A DNA stretch of 61,468 nucleotides, filler included, from Circinaria calcarea (taxonomy: Eukaryota): NCBI GenBank assembly GCA_051942165.1. It is 8 parts of 8 records of this genome, joined end to end, with 100 filler letters (N's around TTAATTAATTAA, not from the genome) between each part and the next. Parts side by side here need not be neighbours in the genome. Positions count along the whole stretch, not along the records: positions 46,208 to 53,788 come from JAVECS010001288.1; positions 53,889 to 61,468 come from JAVECS010001289.1; 6 more parts are not named here. One strand, 5' to 3'. Position numbers and translations under genes: made by a program. How positions within the stretch are numbered: position 1 is the stretch's first letter; every line of letters begins with the position of its first letter. Positions 46,108 to 59,900 of this stretch are shown here, piece after piece. The notes under the pieces were generated by a model. It saw nothing but the letters and a program-made list of their open reading frames with translations, searched no databases and had not been told where the DNA came from.

Positions 46108-46207
46108 NNNNNNNNNNNNNNNNNNNNNNNNNNNNNNNNNNNNNNNNNNNNTTAATTAATTAANNNNNNNNNNNNNNNNNNNNNNNNNNNNNNNNNNNNN
46201 NNNNNNN
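46108..46207. other. Artificial contig-joining spacer
   Basis: N44-TTAATTAATTAA-N44. Confidence 0.99.
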
Positions 46208-47970
46208 TGTTGAAAGTCATCGACGAAAAGTGGCCCGAGCAAGTTAGAGACAATATTCCCTTCTGCTTCCCAGCCTGGGAGGTCGCACTAAAGTAAGGGT
46301 GGTCATCGGCTCTAGTATCGTGTGGCAATAGACTTTTAGTAACTTATCATAGGAGATTTGTCGGCACTGGGACAAGTTCATAATGACGAGCCGTTAGCAA
46401 GGGAGGTTTTGCGAAAGAGGATTATCGCTAGTGAATATGGGCGATATTTTACTCCATCATCTTCGTGAACAAGGTTTCCATTGCAGCTCAGAGAGGGGCC
46501 TCGATGAGACAGCGTTCGATTTAAAAGCTATGATTCTTGATACGCTACCAAGGCCACAGCTGCTTGCAATGCAGTACTCGGAACAAAGTCCATTCTCATA
46601 TGCGCATATCCTCCACACACACACGACGTGATGCATCAATCCAGCTGACCGTACTGAAGGAATTCGATAATTCCTGTTGAGCAGGTTCTGATATGGATAG
46701 GTATCTTGCGTCAAACTCGTGGATCCTGGCATAGCGGTACGCCTTGCTCGAAACAAGCCGGCAACTAGAGATGAAGGGTTCATTTATCCGCTATGCAACG
46801 GGGAGACATTTTGAATTAGGAAAGCACATCGGATGCATATACGTTAGGATCGGGAGACAGGCCTTCGTAGGCCGGTTATGCTAGTCTTTATCGATTCTAA
46901 CCTTGGCATGGTGTCTCTCTACGAATGGAAGGTCGTTGGACTTGATAAGGGGCTTCAGGATTACAGCCATACCGGTGCAACCCAGAGCGAGTCAGTCTTT
47001 ATATAAGCCTATTAGCCGTAGTAAAACAGGGTACATATGACGCTTTCTGGCAGGGAGAGACGGCCTTCATTTACACTAGGGTTTCGACGCCAGAGACGAC
47101 CTTTGTCGCTTTTCTCTCCCCTGGCATATATATGTAATATGGCCTGAAAAAAGTGTCAAATGGTTCGGATTCAACAATCGTAGGAACATCGGATCATGTT
47201 AGGGTTAGCGTATGTAACGAAGCCTTGGCGTTCTAGGATGTTGAAATAGATTCAATCCGCATTGGCCAAAGTCATTCGACGACTACCCCAGATGAACGCT
47301 TCCACCAGCTCGGAGTGCTTTCAACCCAAGACGACCAGCAGAGCTTCTAGTTGACTGATACCCCCAAACTATTGTAGCGCTCTTCTACATCGTCGACTAA
47401 TACGGCCGCTGAGAAGGGAACCCCGACGTAGACATCCTAGGTTACTCGCAGCACCTCCCGCCCCCGACCTTTCAATAAGAGCTAGACAGGATTCTTTCTT
47501 GAAATTGACAGAAAGAACATACTCGTCGGAGATTTAGCCAGAAAGAGGTCGTACTGAGGAGCACAACGGCACGAACATTTTAGATCTCTTTGGTACAGAG
47601 CCAGAGTCAGAGCCAGATCCGTTTACCTCAGAGGTCTTAGGCGGGATCGTCGATTCACCCTCACAATCGACACTGCGTCAACGCAAGTTTGTAGACTGCA
47701 TAAGTTAGAACTCCCTATACTGGCTGCTACAGTGCTAAGCTATCCGGCGAAACAGGGAGGTGGACGTCCGCGTAAAGGGTGGGTGGAGGTGGATCAGTTT
47801 AAGAAGTGGGATCTAGTGCAGTGATTGTACATGGTCGCCTGGGAGAATAGTTCAAGGCAGAACAAGGAGCACCATTGTCATTCGGTGTCTAGGGCTTTCT
47901 AGATGACAGAGACTCCGCAATCTGATCCTCTACAGGACTACGGTACCTACTCCTTTTGATCGGATCGGGG

Positions 47971-49856
47971 ATGGAGTCGCAGTTTGCCTTCGCTTCCAGG
48001 GACGATCTCTGGCGCTTACAGAACGATATGAAGACGGTATATGCAACTCAGGCCGAACACTCGGATAGAATTGTACGCCTAGAGAGACGCCAGGACGACG
48101 ATGCTCGAGTAAAATCTGTTTGGGGCAACACCTCTCCATTCCCGGGTGTTATCAATGGAACCCCTCAGCAAGGTAAATATGGACCTTCATCTCCTGGTCA
48201 CGTTGAAACTGATGGTACTACGCTGCAGAAACTAGTTATAACCCTGCTGCAGAGGCATTCAAGAACTTCGATCAGGAGCAAAGCAGCAACACCCTCCTAG
48301 GAAGTCTCCATCTGGAAACAGAGGAAGAACCACGACGAGGAACTTCCAGGGCCAATAGCGTTCGTTTCGATGAGAGTGCCTTGCATGGCCATTTTGCTCA
48401 GGGATCACGGTCGTCGAGTGACTTCTTCCCCGTGCGAACAGGCAGTGGCCTCGGAAGCCACCCAATGACGGAACGGTCATCTTCGCACAAGTCGGAGGGT
48501 AGGCAAAGCTCAATCGGTCAACCAAACCACTTGGCTCGAGTGAACAGTCTGGGTTTGGACACGCGTCAGTCAAGCCTCGGAATGATCACTGCTATTGGAC
48601 CCCCACCCGGCCTGTTTCTGCTTACTGCACTTCCGTCTATAATTCGCTGCTGGCTCGACACCAACTTCTCAAATGACTCGCTGCTCTACGCCGCGGTCTG
48701 TACGGGATCATGCAAATCAACGCTAGGTCAAAGTCTTGCATCTCGGTTAGGTTTACAGGATCAAATCTCGTTTCGCGATGGAGAAAAAAAGGTCAAGCTT
48801 CAAGTCTATCTTCCCGAAGCCACCATCCAACATTCTTCAGTGAGGTCGTCGAGCCCAGCACCGCAGCTCCCTGTTGTTACTGTCGACTTCACCGTGTATG
48901 ACATCCACGGCGATGCCGATGCTATGCAAATTTATCTTGGTAGTGATATTCTTCGTTTGCGAAATGCGGATATTCTTTTCTCTCAGGATCGTCTCACTTT
49001 ACTGGATGATGCCCGCAACAGGGTTGCTGTGCCGTTAGTACGACCAGAGAAGACTGCTCTATACCAAAACCTGCGCACCGTGCATAGCGTAGTGGACCAG
49101 CAGAATCTGGATCCCGACACAAGCTGGACTAGTACGTACAACAATGTACGTAGCGCATCCGCAGTACAAGATTCAAGGCTCAGAGTCGATACCAGTCATC
49201 CACAGCAGGAAGGGACCCTAGATTTCCATACTAGACGGTCATCGTACGATTCTTACTCACCGATCACGCCATCTGTTTCACAACCGTCAGCTGTTGGTGA
49301 TGGACGAGGATCAACATCTAGTAAGATGAATGATGGAAGCAAATCAACAGTGAACCTAGATGATCATGCAAAAGAATCAACTCACTTAGCAAACGGTACC
49401 ACACCTAATACTCCCACAAGGACGGAAGCCAACAGTATTTGGGGCTCATGGCGACGTGAATCTGGGGACAACGCTCGGCAGGAGCTTTCTTTCTCTAACG
49501 TCGCTTCTAATCCATCCTACCAGAGAGCTGGTCGCGGAAGGGGCATGAAGGTACTAAAACCTGCCCGATCAACCACAACGTCTCGATCGACGCCCATGGC
49601 GCAAACACCGACTAATTCTGAGCCTACGTCGGCCCAGTCTTATGAAAATGGCGTTCGCGGGATCCAGAATGCGGACAACTCAGCAGATACCCGGCTGGCA
49701 GAGCCTCCAGGAACATCCCTAGCCAGCGAAGCCAAGTTACCTTTTCAACAACTTACTAACAAGTCTAGATCGGCCAATCCAATTGGGGGTGCCTCTGCAT
49801 TTGGATGGCTCAATTCCAGTCAACAGAAGAGGTCAGCAGCAGCAGCAGCAGAATGA
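47971..49856 (+). CDS. Fungal hypothetical protein (N-terminal coiled coil, central retropepsin-like segment, disordered tail), one intron
   Basis: Begins MESQFAFASRDDLWRLQNDMK...VKSVWG, with an intron after PQQ (GTAAAT...CAG). Continues SRANSVRFDESA, IIRCWLDTNFS..LLYAAVCTGS and ends NPIGGASAFGWLN. Confidence 0.8.
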
Positions 49857-50026
49857 TAGAAGTCTGCGTTTAGCAAAAAAGTCCTTGCTTTTATTTACGA
49901 TTAAGCTCGCGACGCAACAGTATAATGTCCTGCCAATGATGTACAGTATCTGCATATGACAGCATAATCACAGATCATAGCGAGCCTCCATGTCCCCATG
50001 GCCAACATTCGGGTGATATGGCTCAG

Positions 50027-50864
50027 TCATATCTTACACAAGGTTTGCATTGCATCCTTTGTACTCTCCTTGGTCTCCTTCACCAGGCCGGCTATCCCCT
50101 TGAACGCTGTGATCCCCGCATCGCCCATAACCTCGTAGATGAAGCTTTCACTCGTCGTTACGACAGCCCCCTCCTTTGCCAGCCTTCTAAGCGCGATAGG
50201 AATCTCTTCCTTGTTGCAGCTGCTGATCCCATCCGCCAGCACATAGACTCTATGCCCGTTTGCGAGCAGGTCCAAGGTCGTCTGCGTCACGCAGATATGT
50301 GACTCGATACCAACAATGGCTACGTCCCGCGGTCCGCCCACGGAGAAGGCGGATTGGATTTGGGGCACCCACATGGAGAAGGCGGTTTTGTCGACATGAG
50401 CGGCAGTGGGAGAGTGGTCAAGGCCAAGTTCGGAACATGTGGTGCCCAGACTACTCCTTTTTTGCGTTGTGGCGTAAATGGGTATATTGAGGAGGTGGCC
50501 TTCGGGAAGACATATGAGACGTCAAGAACCTGCCAGACACGCGATCAAACGGCCGGACTCACTCGCTTTGATCATTTTTTGCGCGGTAGCGATACTGCAT
50601 TCCGGTCAAAACAGGCCCAACAACCAATCTACGTTCACTATGGTGGCGTCTTGTACACTGTCTGATATTCCCATATCGCCGGTCTGAATTTCTCTTGAAT
50701 GTCGCAGATACTATAGGGAGCGATGGTGAGCTTAGGTTGATACATGACCCTGAAAAACCGCTAACGGCGTACAATAGTGCGGGGCTGCCTGGGTCACTTG
50801 CTTAGCTGGAAGTCCTAGACGTGAAGTTACCAGTGGCAAACCTACTCAGTCTATGTTTCTCCAT
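50027..50864 (-). CDS. Isochorismatase-family hydrolase (ISOC/YcaC-like), multi-exon
   Basis: Spliced MEKHRLSSPALFICDIQEKFRPAI, DKTAFSMW, VAIVGIESHICVTQTTLDLL and VLADGISS. Confidence 0.88.
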
Positions 50865-51448
50865 TATTGGAATGAAACCAAGGGGCGGGATAGAGAGTCG
50901 AGTTTGAGTTTGTAGGTGGTTATATGGTACAGGTAGCATTGATAGATAAGATAACCACGAGGCTCCCCGCCCTGTCGGCTAGGATATCTATTCTAGGCGG
51001 ACTTCCCCTCGGAGCCTCGGCTGTTCTTCCATGTGACTGTCATGAACCCTAAGGGGTGATTTGGATACTTCAGTGGTTCGTCCGACTCTCCCTTCCCAAA
51101 TTAGAGAGACTGGCCGATACCTGTATGTAAAGAGAGATACACCCTGGTGTTGAAAAGAAGAAGACGAAAAAATTGCCTATTGCCTACACGATAGAAGAAC
51201 TTGAGACTCCTCCCCTTCTCAAGATCAGGCTACTGCGTGGAGGCCGCCATCCAAGAATATATAACCTCGACCTTCGTGGCACGCTCTTATATATGTTTGT
51301 TTCAATTGCAACCCGAGTCCAACCATTACGGCGTTAATCTTCTTCATCAACTGAGCCTATCTTTTCTCTATTCTAAGGCACGGGCTACTTAATTTTGATT
51401 TATCCGATTTCGTAACTGAGCTCCCACGAACCTGTGTCTCCCATCAGC

Positions 51449-53215
51449 ATGCCGCCAAATTATACCTTGTACCTCGTCACCGACTCGACCAAGGCTATCC
51501 TTGGCGAAAAGGACCTTGTCTGGGTGGTTGAGCAGGCCATTAAAGGAGGTGCGCCTACTTAGCTTCTGTCCTTCTTTACAGGAGTTGATTTATCCTAGGG
51601 GTTACTATCGTGCAATATCGGGACAAGGTCAACGAGACTTCAATTTTGATTCGTGTGGCAAAGGATCTTCACAGGGTCTGTAAAAACTATGGAGTGCCGC
51701 TCCTTATTAACGACCGAGTGGACGTTGCTCTTGCCGTCGGCGCCGAAGGTGTACACATTGGTCAGGATGACATGGGTTGGCCTTCCTAATCGACCATACC
51801 AACGCCCACAACCTGACGATCCTAGATCTCAAGACTGCACGTGAGCTTCTTGGTCACGATGCCGTTATCGGTGTGACGTGTTCTTCTGTCGAAGAGGCTT
51901 GTGCTGCTGCGATGGGTGGTGCCTCCTACCTTGGAATCGGGACGGTGTTTACCACGCCTACGTGAGACCCATAGTTGGTTTGCATTTACCGATGCCCAGC
52001 GCTCACCGGGTGTAGGAAAGAAAATGTGAAGTCAATTATAGGTACTGCGGGTACCCGCGAGATTCTTGATACCTTATCCATCGATGACCTAAAGACGCCT
52101 ACTGTAGCAATTGGTGGAATCAATGGATCCAACATACAGAGAGTTGTATATCAGACAAAGGTAGGTTCTAAGAGCCTCGATGGAATTGCAGTCGTTAGTG
52201 CTATCATCGCAGCAGACGACCCTAGGAGTGCGGCTTCGCAGTTGAGAGACATGATAGGGCAGCCCCGGCCATCCATTGTGGAGACTGCGTCTAAGGCCAA
52301 CGAGGTTGAGCAACTATTGGCAGGGGTGCCAAAAGTCATCCAGCAGCTGAAGAGAGCCGCTCCCATCTGTCATAATATGACAAATCTGGTAGTGCAGAAC
52401 TTTGCAGCTAACGTCGCCCTTTGCATGTAAGCAATCACTCGTTATGCGCCTCCAAACCCCGACTGATGCAATCCAGAGGGGCAAGCCCAATCATGGCTAA
52501 TAACGGAGAAGAAGCGAAAGATCTTGCAAAATTAGCCGGGGGGTTGGTCGTTAATATGGGGACTGTTACCCCCGAAGGTCTTTCGAACAGCCTCCGGGCG
52601 ATAAAAGCATACAACACATACGGCGGACCGGTACTGCTTGATCCAGTTGGTGCAGGAGCCACTCAGGTCCGACGCGATGCCGTAAAGACGCTCATGTCTG
52701 GAGGATATTTTGATGTTATCAAGGGCAACGAGAGTGAAATCAACGTCATACTAGGAGAAGGTAATGTGCAGCAAAAGGGGGTAGATAGTGCAGGGAGCAA
52801 GGCATCGGATAGGGACAGAGCAAGCAGGGCGAAGAAGCTAGCTGCTCGCGAGCAGAGTATCGTCATTATGACTGGACCAGTTGACTTCATCAGTGATGGA
52901 ACGCGGACGTATGCCATCAAGAATGGTCACGAATATCTCGGAAAAGTCTCGGGGACGGGATGCACACTGGGAACAACGGTCGCCGCCTTCATCGCGGTGG
53001 AAAAGGAAGATAAGCTGTTGGCAGCACTCTCTGGATTACTCATGTATGAGATAGCTGCCGAGCATGCTGGATGCCAACCAGGGGTCAGCGGACCAGGGAC
53101 GTTTGTCCCCGCCTTCCTCGACGCCCTGGACAACCTTGCCACACGGACAGAAAACGGTGATAGTGATTGGCTGGTATCAGCAGCCAAGGTGGAAAAACTC
53201 GATGTCGAGATCTGA
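51449..53215 (+). CDS. THI6: Bifunctional thiamine-phosphate synthase / hydroxyethylthiazole kinase, multi-exon
   Basis: Synthase part: YTLYLVTDS, VTIVQYRDK, LINDRVDVALA, GVHIGQDDM, VAIGGIN. Kinase part: HNMTNLVVQNFAAN, LDPVGAGAT, IKGNESEI, GTGCTLG. Confidence 0.95.
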
Positions 53216-53788
53216 AAGACCTTCTGCATAGAGCTATACAGATTGATAGAAGATGCTGTGGAGTGGACAGGTGTACTAGGACATAATGAAGAAATAACCT
53301 GCGGTTGTCATCCACACGGGTAGGCGCTCGGCAAAGCTCGAGTGAATATGTTTCTGCAATACCAAAAAAGCGACTACCATTGTATTATAGTATCGTGTAT
53401 CTAAGAACCTTGACCGTGATTGGAACAATATCATGCAACCCGGGGCGGGTTGATTTGGACAGGACTTGCAAGCAAGAGAATGTATTTTTTTAGGATCAAC
53501 ATGTTGTTGGAATGTGCGAAACACAAATGAAGCGCAGATACCTTCACTTGAGCGCCAAGGAACTTCCACCACCCCTTTTTGAATAGTGCTGCTGCACGAC
53601 ATATATCGTTCGCCTTAACATACGGAGTACTGCAAAAAAAACGCGGAGACTGTTGACAGAGGCGTTCCCATGCCTCGTAATGTTTCAGTATTACATAATA
53701 GACGCAAACAGCAACGTGACGCAGATCTCCTGCTACGCTATCCTATTCTAGACCCGGCCTGGCCTGTGCTGACGCCGATTTATTTTTT

Positions 53789-53888
53789 NNNNNNNNNNNN
53801 NNNNNNNNNNNNNNNNNNNNNNNNNNNNNNNNTTAATTAATTAANNNNNNNNNNNNNNNNNNNNNNNNNNNNNNNNNNNNNNNNNNNN
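53789..53888. other. Artificial contig-joining spacer
   Basis: N44-TTAATTAATTAA-N44. Confidence 0.99.
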
Positions 53889-53931
53889 TACACACCTCAT
53901 ATCTTAGATCTGCTCTCCGGAGCGCAGCCTG

Positions 53932-56900
53932 ATGGCCCCTGGCGGAGGAGGGAAGCGGAAGAGAGGGGACAGGACATACTCTCAGGACAGCGCTCATGAA
54001 GGATCAAGACCGTCACCTCATCGGCCTGGCAATCTAAGTCTGGCACACCAGGGTTACCAAAATCAAGGTCCACAGCAGCATCACTTTAATAGGGACCAGC
54101 AAGACCAACGTAACAGGGGAAGCAGGAGAGGCGGTCGAGGTGGGCGCGGAGGTGGACCGCTACGAAGTCCTCATGATAGTCCAAATGCAATTCCTATCCA
54201 GTCCCGTCAGAGCGTGTCAGCCCCGGGCGCCATGTCTCCGCCTCTTGCTCCAACACAGCGACAAGACGAGCCAAGACAGACTACTCTACCTCGCCCATCA
54301 GGACCGGTAGCGGCAGTCTCAACCCAGACTCCGGCATCACAACCTCCTATCATCGATACATACTGTTATGATTATTTGACGAAAGAAGCTACAAACACAT
54401 GGCAGCAATCTGGGAGGAAAGCTGTGATGGAGTATGCTATCCAGGCTCTCGATGACGAAGATCCACTTGTGCTAGGTATGATATTTCAAGAGATAATAAG
54501 GTCGGCACTTGATGGACGACTCAGTGCAGAAGATGCTGGAGGTCTTGTCAAAGAGATTGTTGATCAGAACGCTAGCCACGACATGCCAGTCGACACCCCT
54601 CAGGGAACAAGCAAGTCCGTTCACTTTAACGCGACCTCTCTTTTCCTTGATTGCCTCTCCATCCTGACCGAGACCGAAGCAACAAACCCAGCTTTGCAAA
54701 CTCTGATAGTTTCTACCGGAATCTCACCTCTCACCATGCGACAACAGTTGGAGAGCACACTGCTGCAGAACATTGGTCTCATACGAGACACCTTTTTTAG
54801 GATGGGGATTCGAAAGCAAACAAATCTACTGTATCGCCAAGCCAATTATAATCTGCTTCGTGAAGAAACAGAAGGATATTCGAAGCTAGTAACGGAACTC
54901 TTCACGACAAGCAGTAATGAGCCTCCAACTGCTGAAGTCGTGGAGGATACATTCGAGAGAGTTAAGGGTATGATTGGTACCTTTGACTTGGACGTTGGGA
55001 GAGTGCTCGATGTTACCCTGGACGTCTTCGCTGCTGTATTAGTGAAGCAATATCGGTTCTTCGTCAAATATCTACGCGTCAGTTCCTGGTGGCCGCAGCA
55101 AGATAGTCTAGCAAATGATGATGCCTCGTCGTTCAGCTATCAACGCCTCCCTAAATGGGCATTACCTGGCGTATCGGGTTGGTCAAGCCTTAACGAGGAA
55201 GAGAGAAACGAGTTATCTCGTTCTAGAACTGAACGTGATAGTCTCTTTTGGGAGAGGGTTCGCCAAGTCGGTATGAGTGCTTTCTTCGAGCTAGATGGTC
55301 GCTCAATCGGAAAAAATGCTTCGCAAGCAGGAACGACTACCGAATCTAGGCAGGATCAGCCGCAGGATGATGAAGATCGGAAGTGGATGGAAATAACCGG
55401 CGTTCCACCTTCGTCCGGTAACAAAATTGCAGCCCAGATTCTTGGATTCAAGCTGCGATTCTACAGCAGCGGCGCCCGAGATCCGAGCGATGTTCTCCCA
55501 GGCAATCTCATCTATCTTGCCGCTTTGCTTATTAAAATTGGTTTCATCTCCCTACGCGATTTATATCCTCATCTTTGGCCCGCCGACGAAGGTATGGAAG
55601 CTGTTAGGGAAGAGAAGATGAAGGAAAAGGCAGAGCGAGAAAAACTCAATCGACCAGGTGGAGGTGCCATGAATGCTCTAATGACAGCAGGGGCTCTAGC
55701 GGACGATACGTTGCCTGCCCCTTCTAGATTGAGGGAGACGGATGGAAATCGTGGAAATCTGTCGAAACCGGATCCCAATCCGGACAAGGCCGGAACTGCT
55801 GCCAAAACGGAGGAAAAAGAGCAGCTTCCCGAGCCTCTAGACCAAAAGGTTCAGTTACTCAAAAGCCTACTTTGTATCGGCGCCATTCCGGAAGCGCTTT
55901 ACATCCTGGGGCGCTTTCCCTGGTTACCAGATGCTTTCCCAGACCTGCCCGAGTACATACATCGCATTCTCAATCACTGCATTAGTAAAGTTTATGAGCC
56001 CTTACAGCCTCTGCGTGATCGTTCCGATCTACGAGAGCCGCAGAAAATCGTGGATTCCGATCAAGCTGGCTTGCCAAAAGGCCAGCTACGACAGGTTGAG
56101 CAGCCGCCGCGAAAGATACTACGTTGGGCACAACTCGATAAGGATGACACAAATGAGGGAACCGATTATCGGTTCTACTGGGACGATTGGGCGGACAGTG
56201 TTCCCGTATGCCAATCCGTCGACGACATCTTTTCACTTTGTGGTACGCTGCTCAACTTCTCCGGCGTCAAAATAGGGCAAGACCCTACTCTACTACTCAA
56301 GTTAGCACGTATCGGCAATCACTCTTTGGCAATCGATACTTCCGAATCTAACAGGGCCCGATGGATTGATCTATCTAAAAGATTGATAGTACCTGCTCTA
56401 AGTCTCACAAAGTGCAATCCAGGAGTAGTGAACGAAGTGTTTGATCTCATCAAACACTTTTCCACCACCACCCGCTTTTCTATATACGCCGAGTGGTACT
56501 CGGGCGCAACATCACGACTGCCGGATATCAAGGCAGCCTTTGACCAAGCGCGTGCGGAGACCAAGGACGTGTTAAAACGTATCAGCAAGACCAATGTCAA
56601 GCCGATGGCCAGAGCTCTTGCAAAAGTTGCCTACGCGTCTCCCGGAATTGTATTCAGTGTCGCCATCGGCCAGATTGAGTCATACGATAATCTCGTCGAA
56701 GTGGTCGTGGAGTGCGCGCGATACTTTACGTACCTGGGTTATGATGTGCTCACCTGGTCGTTGATGAGCTCTCTAGGTGCTCGTGGTCGAAACAGAGTAC
56801 AAGCCGATGGTATGCTCACGAGCCGATGGTTGGCAGCCCTTTCGCTGTTTGCAGGTAAAGTATTTAAACGGTACTCTATCATGAGTCCAACGCCGATTCT

Positions 56901-59900
56901 CCAATATGTCGCCGAACAGCTTCGAAAACGTAACCCTACAGATCTCATTGTCTTAGAAGAGATTACGACTTCAATGGCTGGCATCGTTTCCGATACCAAT
57001 TTCAATGAAGCTCAAGTCCTTTCTATGGCTGGAGGTGACCTCTTGCAAGCCCAGACAATGCTACAGCTGCTTGACCGAAGGCATGAGTCGAAATCGACTG
57101 CCCGTCGACTGATGAAGTCGCTTGTCGAACCAAAGCTAGCTGGTCAGCTGCTGATACTGATTGCTCAAGAGAGACAGACTTGCATTTTCAAGATCGCTGA
57201 GCCAGACGCCCACCTGAAGCTTCTAGGAAACCTCTTTGATGAGATTCATCGAGTCTTTACTCAATACCTTGATCTGCTTCGCAGCAACCTGTCAGTCAAG
57301 GAGTTTGACTCTTTGGTGCCTGAAGTCTCGCAACTCATTTGTGAATTTGGGATTGAGCCCAGCGTTGCTTTCTGGGTTGGTAGACCAAGCATTGCTGCTG
57401 CCATGGCAGATCACGACGCAAAATTAACTGAGAAAGGACCCGAAAGGAAAAGTTTACCGGCTAAAGACGTTGCCGACGCGACCAATCTACAAGACACAGA
57501 GATGACGGATGGAGATAGGACCGCTGTGGAGAAAAACCTTGTAAAGAATGCTGAGCACGGTGACGGATCTCCGGTGTCTCAGGAACAACCTGATAACACC
57601 AAGCAGGATGCGGTGACAAAAGTGTCCACTGAGTCTAACTTGGTGTTGCCATTTAATCCTGAGAATAATGAGGTTGTCCAGCCATGGCACCCTGTGCTAC
57701 GAAAAATAATGGAGACGATCCGATCTACTCTTCCCGAGTCGACCTGGGAGAACCTTAGCGAGTCTTTCTATGTTACTTTCTGGCAGTTGTCACTTGGTGA
57801 TATGCTTGTGCCTACCCAAAGCTACGAGGATGAGATCAATCGACAGAAGAAGAAGATCTTAGCTATCAATAATGATCGATCTGATATTAGTGTTGCCGGA
57901 ACCCAGAAAAAAGAACGCGAAAAGAAGGCACTTACGGATCTACAAGATAGGCTACGGACAGAGCTTAAGGATCAGGTTCAGGCATATACGCAGACACGAA
58001 CGCGTTTACAAAAGGAGAAAGAATACTGGTTTGCACATTCTTGGGGCAGATGGGATGCTTTGAATATCGCATTGATCGAACATTGTTTCTTCCCACGAAT
58101 TCTGATATCCCCAGTTGACGCTATCTACACCTTCAAAATGCTAAAGTTCCTTCATTCGTCTGGTGCAACCAATTTCAGGACGATGGGCGTATTTGATCAA
58201 CTCTTCAATGAGAAGAGGTTAACCTCTATGATTTTCCTCTGCACGTCCAAGGAAGCCGAGAGCGTTGGACGTTTCCTTAACGAGGTTCTTCGAGACCTTA
58301 CTCGGTGGCATACGGACAAAGCTGTCTTTGAAAAAGAAGCTTACGGTACGAAGAAGGATCTTCCAGGTTTTTGCAAAAAGATGGCGAACGCGAAAACGGT
58401 ATCCACATTCTTGTCCTACGAAGATTTCCGCAGGATTCTGTTGAAGTGGCATAGAAATCTCCATGCCGCACTAAAGGCATGTATCACTGGTGGCGAATAT
58501 ATGCATATCCGAAACGCCATCATCATACTTAGAGCCATTTGTCTCTACTTTCCTGCGGTCAACTGGATGGGCCAAAGTCAGGTTGCTAGTATCGAAGAGC
58601 TCAGCAAATCGGAGTCAAGAGAAGATCTTAAGCTTGCCGCTGCATCTCTACTAGGAAACCTTAAGCGTCGCGAGAAGGATTGGATGCTTCCCCAAGCTTT
58701 TAGTCTAGTAAGTGGTCAAAAAATCGTCACCATATGATACTAACAAAGTACAGAACGAAGGTTCAACGAACGGGACCAATGGTGTAAGAGCGACCTCAGC
58801 TAAACCGCCCACGCCACAACGAGAAACCGATGTCACCAAGTCACTGAATGCGAAGGCTCTAGAGTTTAACCCAAGCACTCACGCAAAGTGAGTGTGTCCT
58901 CTTTCATACAGGCGTCGATGAAATTCTAATGACAACTTTCAGTGCCATCGCAGCACCAAGGATATCGTCGATAGCGTCAGGAAAATTAGAAGTGGAAGAT
59001 GGCGAAATTGATGATGCCAACATGACAAACGCAACAATAAAATCAGCCGCCCTGAGGAATCCTCTCCAGCCGGTCGAGTCTGCTTCAGAAAACCAGGCAC
59101 TTGCACCCACGATGCCGCAAAAGCAAGCCATCACAGATACAGAGCCTCGAGGAACAGCGCAAGCGCCCAAGTCGAATGTTGAAGAGCCAAAACTACCTAC
59201 GGCACCATTAGCGGCGTCTGAAGCTCCACAGTCACAGAAGAATCCACTACAATCTGTTGCTGACATTTCAACAAGCCATTCTCACATTGCAGTTCGACAA
59301 GATATGAGTCGTAACTTTTCAGATCAAGCCACAAATTCTCGCCCACAACACGCTCTACCAAACCGCCCGGACCCTCCACCCCCTAGAGCAAATGAGCATC
59401 GTATCATAGACCGACACGGGGACCGTGGACTTCGCAACTCAAGCGACCCACGGTTTCCAGACCCAATCCGCAGTGATAGGTCTGGTGAAGGTACGCGGGA
59501 ACGAGTTGATCACCATGTGTCAGGTACATACTTGAGAGGTCCTGAGAAGTCATTTGATAGACCTCCGTTTGATGACAGGGATCGCTCTGATCAGAATTGG
59601 GGGGGCGATAGGAGTGTTCCTGGCCGACTGCATTCTGACGACCGATATCCTGGGCCACATCACCGGGATCTACGACTGTCATCAAGGGATGTTAGGCCAG
59701 AACGGCCGTCTCGGGAGAGGCAACATGAAGAGTTATTGGAAAATCCCCGCCACACTGAACTACAAGGTCGATCATCCAGAGATCCTTCAATGGCACCACC
59801 TAGGTCAGCGGTGCTGCAACATCCGGATCGAGCTGCTCTGATACATGGGCCCAATGACCAAGACCGTGGACACTCGAATGCCCATTCCGACCGTCGTTCA

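Noticed and set aside
50865..51448. Possible TPP riboswitch upstream of THI6
   Set aside because: I could not find the conserved CTGAGA...ACYTGAT...GNTAAT...GCG core. Known fungal TPP riboswitches are in THI4/NMT1-type and transporter genes.
7621..53888. Regularly spaced (about 7.7 kb) TTAATTAATTAA palindromes flanked by Ns, and any gene cluster spanning them
   Set aside because: These are identical synthetic spacers between length-sorted contigs. Adjacency across them (e.g. the PSD gene next to the NWD remnant, or the NLR contig next to the PAL contig) is meaningless.
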